This document shows, piece after piece, positions 1 through 12,500 of a stretch of 64,000 nucleotides of DNA (the first letter of the stretch is position 1; the number at the start of each line of letters is the position of its first letter). The notes under the pieces are model-generated. The model worked only from the letters and a program-made list of their open reading frames with translations, searched no databases and had not been told where the DNA came from. The position numbers were made by a program, and so were the translations under genes. The DNA is taken from the NCBI GenBank assembly GCA_040954595.2, contig CM082598.2:6649097-6713096 (forward strand). The letters run 5' to 3'. This DNA is from Balanoglossus misakiensis (lineage: Eukaryota; Animalia; Hemichordata).

Positions 1-2940
1 CGGAGCGTTTTTGTCAAAGTAGGCTAGGGTTGTTGCTTTGGCTAAACTTGCCTTCAGCTCTGCAAATGCTGATTTCTGTTCTGGACCAAAATGGAATGGC
101 ACGTTCTTTCTGGTGATTCTCCTCAGCGGTTCTGAGATGGTTGCGAGGCCTGGTATAAAACGGCTACTGTAACTAACCATGCCCATGAAGCTTCTGACTT
201 CAGATACATCTCTCGGTTCTCTGGCCTCCAATACGGCTCTAACTCCGTCTTGGGTTGGTCCTATGCCCTTCTGTGACAGTAGTATTCCCATGAAAACAAG
301 GTCATCCATGTTGAATTGACACTTTTCACGGTTCAGTGTTAGACCACAATCGTGTAATCAGGTTATGACTGCAAGTAAACTGCAAGTAAAATGTGTTTCC
401 TAGTCACACCCATGTACTATCATCAGATATGTTTTCTACACCATCAATGCCTGCCAGAGCTGTCGCAATTTCGTGTTGATACTGTTCACTCGCTGAACTT
501 ACACCAAATAGCAATCGTTTGTAACGATACAGTCCGGCGTGTGTGCCGAATGTTGTGATCTCACAGGATTCTGGCGTCAGCTCCAACTGGTGGTAACCCC
601 ACTTTAAGTCTAGTTTGCTGAACACTTTGGAACCGTTCATGTTCTGTAACAGCTCATCTACGGTACGGATAGGGTGTCTGCCGCGTATGATCGCTTTGTT
701 TGCTCTGCGCATGTCAATGCATAGTCTGATGTCACCTCCTGATTTTGGCACTACAACGACTGGGTTGACCCATGGTGTCGGCCCGTCTACTGGTTCAATA
801 ATCCAAATCCAGTAGCTCTGTTATTTTCGCCTCTACCTTTTCTCTCAATTTGAATGGTGTTCGCCTCAGGGGTTGTGCTACACGTTCTACGGAGGGGTCA
901 ATGTGAAGTTTTATTTGCTTTGTGTTGAGCTTGCCCACACCAGTAAAGACATCCGGGTACTGTCGCTGTAAGCGGTCAGCCATGTCTGTTACTGTTGCGA
1001 TGTGGCACCAATACCAATTTTCAGTACACCCAATTTTGTCGATGTGTCCTTGCCGAGTAAAGGTATGCCTTTGCCTTTAATGACTAGGAATTCAGCATTG
1101 GTGATGTTTCTGCCCAACTTTACTTCACAGGTGAAACTGCCCTTGACGGTTAGGGGTTGGTTTGATCCATATGGGTACAGTTTTCGTCCGCATGTGTTGG
1201 CCTGTGATGCACATCTGATCTGTTGTCGCTTTAATTGCTCCCAGGTCGGCTCATCAATAATGTTGCCAGTTGCGCCTGAGTCTACCAACATTTTCAGGTT
1301 TACACCACCAACATGGACATCAAGTGTGTTTGAGTTCTTACCACTGTTGACAGTGAAGGCGTAATCGGGCGGTGTTGGGCTGCTTTGCGGCTCTTCGACC
1401 ACATTGACTTCTGATTTGACCTTTGACCTGCATACTTTGGCAAAGTAATTCTTGCTGTCGCATTTCTTGCATGTCTGGCCTCTTGCTGGACATTTGGGAT
1501 CGCGACCAAAGTGTCCTGTCAATCCACAGCGATAACAAGTTTTATCTCTTGCTGGTTTTGTATCTTTATCTTTCTCATGTTTCTTTGCTTTCTGTGTACG
1601 GCGTTTGCTTCTATCAGTAAGTCTGTTGACAGTTTCCCTGTCTTCTCTCTTTGCTGAAAGAGCAGCCATTTATACCTCCACTTTCTCGCACTGATCGGCT
1701 ATTTGTAGGGTACGTGCTAAGGTCAATGCTTGGCCTTCTTCCAATAACTACCGGCGTACGTAATCTGACGAACATTTATTCAGCACTGCGTCTCTGATTT
1801 GATTGTCTTTATCACCTCCGAAGTTACAATCACTGGCAGCTTTACGTAGGCGGGTGACAAATTGAAGTACGGTCTCACCTTGCTTTTGTGTGGTTTGATG
1901 GAATGTCTGTCTGGCAAACGCAGGGTTGACTTGGGGCACAAAGTAGGTGTTTAGCACTGTCATGGCTCTGTTATACTCTGTGACTGTTCCCGTATCTGAC
2001 AAAGTTGTTAAAATGTCCTGTACGTCTGGACCGGCTAAATGCAACAACAAAGCTCCCCGCCTTTGTTTCGTGGAGTCGTCATTAAGGCTGCATTCACAAA
2101 CACCTCTGGAGGTGGGGGGGGGGGGGAATTGAGGGGGGGGGGATTTGAAAAAATTGAGGGTATGTAAGGGGGGATTTTAAATAATTTAGGGACTGAAATG
2201 GGGGGGGACTTGAAAACTTTGACGACTAAATATTTATTTTGAGTCCACAAAAATGCAGTTTCGCGCCCTTTATTTTACAAAATTTTTAATGTGGGAGGGG
2301 GACACCCCCTCCCACACCCTCCATTCATCAACACCTTTCAATCATTGACTGGTTTATCTAGTGTCCCAGGACAGGGGACTTGCCCCCACCGCATGATAAC
2401 TTTGAGCGGCGACGGTTAAATTTGTCCTGCACAACATACCGGTAGTTGAGTTAATTTGCTTTAGCCGGGTTCATAAAAATGCAGCTTTGAGCTCTGTATT
2501 TTATAAAATTTTCTTACGTGGGAGGGGGACACCCCCACCCACACACACCCCCTTCAATTCTCGGTTTACAATGTCTCCCAACACAGAATACATAAAAACA
2601 ATGTTCAGTTGTAATACCCACTGATGAGGGGAAACATCAGTTTCAAATTCTGTTCATGGAAGCGCTGTTTTTCTTTTTTACAAGATAGATAGGTGATGTG
2701 TTTTGCTGTGTGAAAGAAAATGGGGGGGGATTTCAAAATTTTGGCAGTTCGGAAGGGGGGATTTGAAAATTAGCGGTAAAAAAAATTGAATTCTCCCGCC
2801 CCCCCCCCCCCCCCCTCCAGAGGTGTTTGTGAATGCAGCCTAATTATCAAACCGTTTCCATCGGCGTACAGTTCAAATCATCGCTCCCATCGTGGCCCCA
2901 GGGTTGACAGATTAGTATAGCAGTCGAATTTTGGAATCGG
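1..2940 (-). pseudogene. Gypsy gag-pol pseudogene (interrupted by a MITE at 2086-2840)
   Basis: Reading across the MITE gives PIPKFDC..TLGPRW..FELYADGNGLII/NDDSTKQR..LLLHLAGPDVQD; multiple in-frame stops and frameshifts. Confidence 0.88.
2086..2840. mobile_element. PIF/Harbinger-type (Tourist-like) MITE, copy 1
   Basis: TIR GGCTGCATTCACAAACACCTCTGGAGG / CCTCCAGAGGTGTTTGTGAATGCAGCC; TAA target duplication at 2083-2085 and 2841-2843. Confidence 0.92.
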
Positions 2941-2980
2941 GCGCGGGTTTTTTAATCTTCCTTCAAGGATGTGGGTGAAA

Positions 2981-2992
2981 TACTCGTCGCCA
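2981..2992 (-). promoter_or_regulatory. Primer-binding site (TGGCGACGAG), complementary to the 3' end of tRNA-Ser(GCU)
   Basis: TGGCGACGAGTA lies 1 nt after the LTR end; the first 10 nt match the typical metazoan tRNA-Ser(GCU) 3' end ...CTCGTCGCCA (recalled, not searched). Confidence 0.75.
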
Positions 2993-2993
2993 G

Positions 2994-3231
2994 TGTTATG
3001 TACCGCTTCTCACGGTATATGTGTTTATACGTGTCAGTCGCTCTGACTTCGTAAATTAGAGGACACTCCGAATTGAATCATGAACACGAACATGTATTTA
3101 TTGCTTGCACACAAGGTGGACTACAAGTACAAGAGAGAGTATCAGAACGAGGCTATATGTCCCATACTGCCATGCGTCTGGAATGTACCAAAGTCAATAC
3201 AGGGGGATCAGAATACATCTGATACACTACA
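2994..3231 (-). repeat. 5' LTR (238 bp) of the Gypsy element
   Basis: Minus strand reads TGTAGTG...CATAACA (TG..CA termini) and contains AATAAA (~3097-3102). Beyond 3231 the sequence matches the intron unit seen uninterrupted at ~18985-19050. Confidence 0.85.
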
Positions 3232-3402
3232 AATACCATTAACTGTTGGTTAATATTATCCACAAGGGAGTTTGTGATGACAATTTGTTTGTTTGTTTGT
3301 TTGTTTGTTTGTTCATTCATTCGTTCATTTTAAGAAATTAACCTCATGTGACATTACAGTTTTATTGACATCCTCATCATGCTCCTCCTTCATTACTTAC
3401 AG

Positions 3403-3501
3403 AATGGAGATACCCCTTTGCACAATGCAGCAAGGTTTGGTGATGAAGGCCATGTCAGATTGTTATTGGAACACGAAGCTGATGTGACCATACAAAACAA
3501 G
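3403..3501 (+). CDS. Ankyrin cassette exon A1 (NGDTPLHNAARFGDEGHVRLLLEHEADVTIQNK)
   Basis: 99 nt, phase 0/0, cattacttacAG|...AAG|GTaaat. Confidence 0.9.
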
Positions 3502-6500
3502 GTAAATACCAACCTGATTTCTGCAGGTTAATTCTATCAGTATGGAAAGATTTATTCATTTATTTTTTCGTTTGTTTGTATGTGTGTGCTTGTTTTTTTG
3601 TTTAAAGAAAATTACACATTGCGTTTAATTTTTGTGACATTATTCTCATGCTCCTCCTTCATTACTTACAGAATGGAGACACCCCTTTGCATTATGCAGC
3701 AGGGGATGGTGATGAAGGCCGTGTCAGATTGTTATTGGATCACGAAGCTGATGTGACCGTACAAAACAAGGTAAATACCAACTTGACTTCTGCAGGTTAT
3801 TTCTGTCAGTATGGAAAGATTTATTCATTTATTTTTTCGTTTGTTTGTATGTGTGTGCTTGTTTTTTTGTTTAAAGAAAATTACACATTACGTTTAATTT
3901 TTGTGACATTGTTCTCATGCTCCTCCTTCATTACTTACAGAATGGAGACACCCCTTTGCATTATGCAGCAGGGGATGGTGATGAAGGCCGTGTCAGATTG
4001 TTATTGGATCACGAAGCTGATGTGACCGTACAAAACAAGGTAAATACCAACTTGACTTCTGCAGGTTATTTCTATCAGTATGGAAAGATTTATTCATTTA
4101 TTTGTTTGTTTGTTTAGGAATCCTCACAGTATGTTTCAAATGTTATGACATTGTTCTCATGCTCCTCCGCCATTAAGGCTGCCCCACACGAGAGAAATCA
4201 GCTGAGCAAAAAGTCATTCGAGGAATTTTGCTCAGCAATTTTCCTTCCGTGTGCGGGCAATTTTTCCTGATCTTTTTACTTTTGCGCCGCGGATCACAAT
4301 ATTCAACATGTTGTATATTGTTTTTCCTCACGAGGAAAATTACTCACTGTGTGCGCCGAACAAAGTAATTTTACTCACGTATCTAGCCTAATTGCGCATG
4401 CGCCGGCATCACTTGACGACGATACCAACCTGACTTCTGCAGATTAATGCTATTAGTATAGAAACATTTATTTATTTATTTGTTTGTTTGTTTGTTTAGG
4501 AATCCTCACAGTATGTTTCAAATGTTATGACATTGTTCTCATGCTCCTCCTCCATTACATACAGAAATACTCACCAGTACGGTGTGGGCAAGAAATTAAG
4601 TTACTCACAATGAAAATGCTTCATAATAATGGATGACCACAGACAAGTTCTCTACCTCTGATAATGATAACAGTAATTTAGGCACTCTATGCAAGTCAAA
4701 ACACAGTATTTCACTCAAACAAACACTTTCTGAACATTAATGATCACCAAAGTCATCTCTAGTCATTAGTCTAAACAAAGATTTCCCATCCATGTAAATT
4801 TTCTGGTCTCATGCAGATCTATACAAATTGATCCAAATCAGTTTTTCCCTCAAAACTGTCAAGATGAATAAAGGCACAATCTACTGTCTGTATTTTCTTT
4901 GTAACAGACCTGATGAGAGACAGACATTGTAAAAATTATAAATTTCATGAAAAGAGATCATTGTTTAAAAGATTAAAATCAAATTTTCATCAAGCCTCTG
5001 GACTAAAATCATGAGGATATCTATCAAATACATTGGTCTGGCTATTTTACCTTCTATGGTTTGCAGCTTTTGAAATTGTTCATCGTTATGAGGAAATTTA
5101 TCTGTTATCTCTAAACAAAGTCAAATTGAACATTCTGACATGGTGGACCTATTACACACAATGCATTCATTTAATTCAACTCTATCATTTAAAGCTACAT
5201 TGACGTGGAGACATCCAACTCAAAAACATGTGTCACGGCCACCATGATCCCATTTAGGGATTACACAGAAAGAGTCTACACCGGAGTACATATACAGACA
5301 CACACACACATAGAGAGATCAATAGGCAAACACTGCCTGACCCATAAGCTGCCAATGGCATGTGAAATGTACATAGACCAAGTAGAACAGCTGGTCTCTT
5401 TAACAGTTAGCCAGTTATGTAAACATGCAGGAATTTGATGTATACAAATCTCAGAGGGGTGCATTTTTGTATTACAAAGAACTATGTACTGGTAATTGTT
5501 CTTATTGAGATAAAAATTGTGGTATGAGACAAAATATCCTACAAAATATAAAAGTTCCAAATTACCTATGATTTGATTCCATAGTATTTCTAAAGAAACC
5601 AATCTCATTAACTTACACTCGAATTTTACAGTAATCAGCCATACAGAATACACTTTCAGAGAAATATAATTTTTTATCAAAATTGGAAAATATGCTCCCA
5701 AAATACAAGATATTGCCCCCACAAAACATTGACACTTTAATCACCATGACAACTCACCCAGGAACCTTCAAATCAAAATTCAAAGCAATGGGGGTAGAGG
5801 GTTCTGAGAAAAAGTTTAACCAAAAGTACACTAAATGTATTGAATTCTTCACGTTGATTTGAAAATACATACATGCAAATCTTACTTGGGGTACCCCTAG
5901 GAACATGTCTTCCAAATTTCAAAGCAATCTGACAAGCAGTTATAGAGAAACCTATTTGATCAAAAAAGGCAAAAATGATAAATATGCAAATTTTGCAACA
6001 ATTTAAACAAAATTATGGTAACTCAGATCACATATATGAAGCTTCATACTGAATTTCAAAGAAGTCAGCGGATCAATTCTGGAATAGTAAATTTTTTTAC
6101 CAAAAATGTGACAAAATGCATAAAGAGTAGAAAATTCACACTACTAGTATTAGCTCAAAACGTACAGAACCGTGTGAACACAACTTCCATCCTGCTTGTA
6201 TGATATGAGAGTAAAAATATCGCCAAAATAATAAATGGTGAACACCGATTATTCATTTTGGCGAGTTTTTCACTCTCCCGCGAGAGACTTTGTTCCTTTA
6301 ATATTCATGAGTTTACTTTTCTTGTTTATATACACTCTTATAAAGATTGGCTATTACATCAAGTTGACAACCCCCGCACAAGTACATCATGTACATAAAC
6401 AAAAATAGTCTAGTGTGTGGAGCCGCCTCCCCTTTTTACAGGAAGTACTTTCGAAATATTTTTATGCAATCAGTCCACACTCATGATCAGTTTTGTGTCA

Positions 6501-9500
6501 GAATTATACCGTAGTCATAGCAACATTTCGAGTAAGACTTTACCAGAAGAACTTGTTTTTGTTGCGGCTCTGATTGGGGCCATTTAAAACTGGGGTTTGT
6601 TTGGCGACTTTTAGGACCGAAGGAGGGAAGCGCAGCCATGGTCTCATCACACATGCCATGCGGGGGGACTTGCTAGGGGGGAGGGTGCTTGTTGACAGTG
6701 CCGAGAGGAGTCGGCCAGTTTGAGCTTGTACTTCAGGCCGAATAGCGCAGTGCCGACCCTATTTACCTCTTATCAACTTGATAAAATATAATACATTGTA
6801 ACATTAAATTGATCAGTCTGACAATTTTTTTCATCAGTCTGAGCAACACAGTGGCGGCGTTTGGATTCCTCTTTCTCTTGGAAGTCGCTCAAGCTTATAA
6901 AACATGAGGTCTGTGCAGCTCCGCTCCTCAGCTTCTCATCACTGTCCGTCACTTACCCAATCATTTCAAAGGGGCGATCAAGATGGCCAGAACAGCCAAT
7001 TTTAACCAACCATGCAGGTTCAAGAACCTGAGAAAATATGCTAAAAGCATGCATAGATATATTGAAGAGATAAACATTGGGAACAATAGGATTAAGGGAG
7101 GTGTGACTGGTCCAATCTGTTCAGTTTTAGTGTGGGGCACGGCTGGAATGGTTACACAAATGTTCTTGAAAGTTAGTGCTACTGTGGCTTTCAATGGAAT
7201 CTCTTATGAAGAGTTTTGTTACTTTTGTTTGTTCTTGATATGTCATGAAAAGAATGACTGCATTCAGTGTTTCATTGCATTTAATTTCATTTGCCACACA
7301 TTCCCATTGGCCACAGTGTCCACTCAAGTCTTGCGTTGGTTATTAGACTTTTTGATGCAGTGCGATGGAGAAAGGGAATCAGTGTTAACTTTCTTCAGAT
7401 GATTTTTTGTGTGAAATTCATTTTTTTTATTTAAACGCTATTTCTACAAATAACTAGTGACACCATTGCACAACTCTACTTGATATTGTTGGACCACTCA
7501 GTAGAAATTTATTTTGTGGATGATTGATTTATCCCTTGTCACATAAAATTTCTCTGTTATTTCCCCTTTGATCAACATTGTCCAGTCTGCACAGCTTGGC
7601 TACTTTGTGCTGAGAACAGTCTGATGCCCTCCTACAGGAAATAAACAGTTTGGATAGCACAGATGTTTGATCTGTTTCTACGTAAATCTTCACACCTCTC
7701 AAATTTGTCATCATATTGGAGATGAGATGTGATTATTCCAAATTGGCCATTGTGTCTTCTGACAATTCTACTATACGTCACTGTAGTTGTTGTTTAAATC
7801 TTCTTCTATATTGTGTAGGTTGTAAAAATAAATTGGTCCCATTCAGGAAATGTTCACTAACATTACATCACTGTCAGTTGTGTTGTGTTCATTCTTCGAT
7901 AGAAAATCATAAATAAAGTTCAGTTTAAAATTGGTGTATTGGTTATCCGTAATGTTATTTGTTTTGCAAATTGTCAAATTTGAGTTTGTTTGTGAATTAT
8001 TGGGAGTAACTTTTCTTAATGTATCAACTGGCAGATATTTCGTCGGAATTTATTTAGCTTGTTAATATTATCCACAAGGGAGTTTGCGATGACAATTTGT
8101 TGTTTGTGTGTTTGTTCGGTCGTTCATTTTAACAAATTAACCTCATGTTACATGTTACAGTTTTCTTGCCATCCTTATCATGCTCCTCCTTTATTACTTA
8201 CAGGATGGAGACACCCCTTTGCATTATGCAGCAAGGGATGGTGATGAAGGCCGTGTCAGATTGTTATTGGAACACAAAGCTGATGTGACCATACAAAACA
8301 AGGTAAATACCAACCTGACTTGTGCAGGTTAATTCTATCAATGCAGATTAATTCTGAAAGTATGAGCTTTCTCAATAGTCCCAAATTCCACTGTAGTTTT
8401 CGTGGTAAATTGTGTCTGGCATTCAATGTATCTATTTGTCCATTGTCCTTTGAATCAAAACTACTCCCTCTGTCGAGTCAGGTGTTGTACAGACACAGGC
8501 AAGTATTGATTCATGATGATGATGTGATTGTCTCTCCTATCTCTGAGACATTTGATCTCCACTGTCAGCAATTTGGGGTTATGAGAAAGTGGGATTGGCT
8601 CCGGCATCTACCAACACCTGTCTTGTCGAACATAAGAATGCTGTTGTTTTTTACATTGTTTATCATAATTTTTTTGTGTTTTAAATAATAACCTCATTTT
8701 TGGACACTGATTTCTGTCTGTCCGTCTGTAGACAGATTTTGTTCCACTCATAACTTGAGAGAAATTGAATCCAATGATATGAAATTTGATATGTAGCATT
8801 GTTATGATAAGATCTAGATCTGATTAGATTTTGGTGGGTGTGGCTCATTAAGTAAATGCTCATTTGCATATTTAATGATGTCTTGTGATTAGGCCATATC
8901 TCCATAAATACTCAATCAAATTTAGTGGAACTTTTTTCATAATTTTTACATTGCTCATTACCAACAATATGATGAAAGTTTAGTGGGTTTCACTTAATTA
9001 ATTCTCATTTCCAAAATTAATGAATTAATGAAATTAGGCTATAGCTCAAAACTGTCTCAAGCAAATTTGGCGCTGTGCTAGAGGGACTTCATAATAATAA
9101 AAAAATATTTAATTCATGAATATTTCTGTGAACAACATCGTGAACACTGATATTTGTGTGATCGGTGCCAAGTATAACTAATACATTTTGTTACATAGTC
9201 CCATCTAGCGGTGAGAATTATCTCAACTTTGGATCTGATACTCTCTCAGTCAGTCATGACAGTTTTTCCCCACATAGATTTAGACGTGGTGGGTATGGCC
9301 GATTTGCCTCAAATCACCAAGTCTATTAAACGGACAAATATATCTCTCTCGCTGTCCTTTTTCCATTAATTATGTTTCATACAAGACACCGTTAATATTA
9401 TTCTACATGTGTATATGTAGTGAAGGAATGTTCAACCACACACAACTTCCATCCTGCTTGTATGATATGAGAGTAAAAGTCTCGCCAAAATAATAAATGG

Positions 9501-12500
9501 TTATTCATTTTGGCGAGTTTTTCACTCTAGCGAGAGAGAGACGTTGTCCCTTTAATATTCATGAGTTTACTTTTCTTGTTTACGTACACTCTTATAACGA
9601 TTGGCTATTACACCAAGTTGACCACCTCCTGCACAAGTACATCATGTATATAAACAAAACAAGTCTGGTGTGTGGAGCCACCTCCCCTTTTTACAGGAAG
9701 TACTTTCGAAAAAAAAATTATGCAATCAGTCCACACTCATGACCAGTTTTGTGTCAGAATTATAGTCATAGCAACATTTCGAGAAAGACTTTACCAGAAG
9801 AACTTGTTTTTGTTGTGGCTCTGATTGGGGCCATTTAAAACTGGGGTTTGTTTGGCGACTTTTAGGACCGAAGGACAGAAGCACAGCCATGGACACATCA
9901 CACATGCCATGCGGAGAACTTGCTGGGGGCTGGGGTACTTGTTGACAGTGCCGAGAGGAGTCGGCCAGTTTGAGCTTGTACTTCAGGCCGAATAGCGCAG
10001 TGCCGATGCTATTTACCTCTTATAAACTTTATAAAATATAATACATTGTAACACTAAATTGTTCAGTCGGACGATTTTTTTCATCATTCTGAGCAACACG
10101 GCGGCAGCGTTTGGATTGCTCTTTCTCTTGGAAATCGCTCAAGCTTATAAAACATGAGGTCTGTGCGGCTCCACTCCTCAGCTTCTCATCACTGTCCGTC
10201 ACTTACCCAATCATTTCAAAGGGGTGATCAAGATGGCCAGAACAGCCAATTTTAACCAACCAGGTTCAAGAACCTGAGAAAAGGTGCTCAAAGCATGCGA
10301 AAGATATATTGACGAGATAAACATTGGGAACAATAGGATTAAGGGAGGTGTGACTGGTTCAATCTTTTCAGTTTTAGTGTGGGGCATGGCTGGAATGGTG
10401 ACACAAATATCCTTGAAAGTTAGTGCTACTGTGGCTTTCAATGGAATCTCTTATGAAGAGTTTTGTTGCTTTTGTTTGTCCGTGATATTTCATTAAAATT
10501 TTTCTTCCCATGGAATGACTGCATTTCAGTATTTCAGTGTCTTACCACATTCCCATTGGCCACAGTGTCCATTCATGTTTTGCTTTGGTTATTAGACTTT
10601 TTGATGCAGTGTGAGTGTTAACTTTCTTCAGATGGATTTATGGGGTGAAATTCAAGTTTTTAGCTCTGCAGTCAGAGACGCGGAGCTTATCAGATAGGTG
10701 AACTCTGAGTTGTCATCCGGCGTATGTCGTCCGCCGTCCGTCAACATTTTTCTTCTTTTGTCTTCTCAGAAACCTCTGTTCCAATTGATTGGAAATGTTC
10801 TATGCAGCTTCCTTTGGGTGACTTAAGTCAATTTTTCTCAAATTGTGGTGAAATTTGCATATTGTATTTCTGGGGCAATTTTCCCGTATTTGGTCAAAAA
10901 TCATTTTTTTGTCTTCTTCTCTGAAATAGCTGCTCCAATTAATTGGACATTTGATATGCAGCTTCCTTGGGGTGACCTTAGTTTGTTCAAATTGTGGTTA
11001 AATTTGCATATTTGTACTTTTGGGACTATTGAAAAAGGCTCAACCATGTGTGTATGTCTATCCACCACACCTTCTTATTTTCTACCATCTATATATGTTT
11101 GCTTGTTGAATATTCAGCTTCTCATCATAACCTGCATGCTAACTGGTTACCTAATCATTTCTGCAACCCATTACAGTGGAGCTCTATCGGACGCTAGGTC
11201 GCTTGTTTTATTTAATCATTTTTTATACAGATAAATACCGGTAATGACATCGTTGCAAAACTCTACTTGATATTGTTGGACAACAAGTGGAAATATATTT
11301 TAATGATGATAGATTTATCGCTTGTCACATAAAATTTCTCTTTAATTTCCCCTTTGATCGATATTGTCCAGTGTGCACAGCTTGGCTACTTTGTGCTGAG
11401 AACAGTCTGTTGCCCTCCTACAGGAAATAAGCATAGTTTGGTTAGCACAGATGTTTTATCTGTTTGTTCATAAATCTTCACATCTCTCAAATTTCTCTTT
11501 AATTTACCCTTTGATCAATATCGTCCAGTCTGCACAGCTTGGCTACTTTGTGCTGAGAACAGTCTGATGCCCTCCTACAGGAAATAAGCATAGTTTGGTT
11601 AGCACAGATGTTTGATCTGTTTGTTCATAAATCTTCACATCTCTCAAATTTCTCTTTAATTTCCCCTTTGATCGATATTGTCCAGTCTGCACAGCTTGGC
11701 TACTTTGTGCTGAGAACAGTCTGTTGCCCTCCTACAGGAAATAAGCATAGTTTGGTTAGCACAGATGTTTGATCTGTTTGTTCATAAATCTTCACATCTC
11801 TCAAATTTCTCTTTAATTTCCCCTTTGATCGATATCGTCCAGTCTGCACAGCTTGGCTACTTTGTGCTGAGAACAGTCTGTTGCCCTCCTACAGGAAATA
11901 AGCATAGTTTGGTTAGCACAGATGTTTGATCTGTTTGTTCATAAATCTTCACATCTCTCAAATTTCTCTTTAATTTCCCCTTTGATCGATATTGTCCAGT
12001 CTGCACAGCTTGGCTACTTTGTGCTGAGAACAGTCTGTTGCCCTCCTACAGGAAATAAACATAGTTTGGTTAGCACAGATGTTTGATCTGTTTGTTCATA
12101 AATCTTCACATCTCTCAAATTTCTCTTTAATTTCCCCTTTGATCGATATCGTCCAGTCTGCACAGCTTGGCTACTTTGTGCTGAGAACAGTCTGATGCCC
12201 TCCTACAGGAAATAAGCATAGTTTGGTTAGCACAGATGTTTGATCTGTTTGTTCATAAATCTTCACATCTCTCAAATTTCTCTTTAATTTCCCCTTTGAT
12301 CGATATCGTCCAGTCTGCACAGCTTGGCTACTTTGTGCTGAGAACAGTCTGATGCCCTCCTACAGGAAATAAGCATAGTTTGGTTAGCACAGATGTTTGA
12401 TCTGTTTGTTCATAAATCTTCACATCTCTCAAATTTCTCTTTAATTTCCCCTTTGATCGATATCGTCCATTCTGCAAAGCTTGGCTACTTTGTGCTGAGA

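Larger units (their letters stand above)
1..3231 (-). mobile_element. Degenerate Ty3/Gypsy LTR retrotransposon (5' LTR, PBS, gag, protease, RT, start of RNase H connector) inserted antisense in an intron of the ANK-ROCO gene; continues beyond the left edge
   Basis: Minus-strand ORF pieces: gag (LLLHLAGPDVQD, 1748-2050), CCHC knuckle CYRCGLTGH and aspartic protease LVDSGA (989-1669), RT (IRLCIDMRRANKAI, FSKLDLKWGYHQL, RLLFGVSSA, ISDD; 404-751). Stops and frameshifts separate the pieces. LTR and PBS upstream. Confidence 0.93.
3380..4117 (+). repeat. 269-bp tandem exon+intron unit x3 (A1-A3)
   Basis: Exon starts at 3403, 3672, 3941 with near-identical introns between them. Confidence 0.92.
3941..8345 (+). 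repeat. ~4.3-kb intragenic segmental duplication, copy 1 (copy 2 ~14850-19260; partial copies ~19392-22350 and ~9440-14530)
   Basis: Long near-identical intron stretches, e.g. 4141ff = 15054ff = 19597ff; 6180ff = 9443ff = 17062ff; 6961ff = 10211ff = 17838ff. Confidence 0.9.

Noticed and set aside
6560-7402. ORFs at 6983-7402, 10284-10496 and 17910-18275 as a nested gene
   Set aside because: Reading frames are not conserved between the three paralogous copies and no motif is recognisable; likely a decayed repeat.
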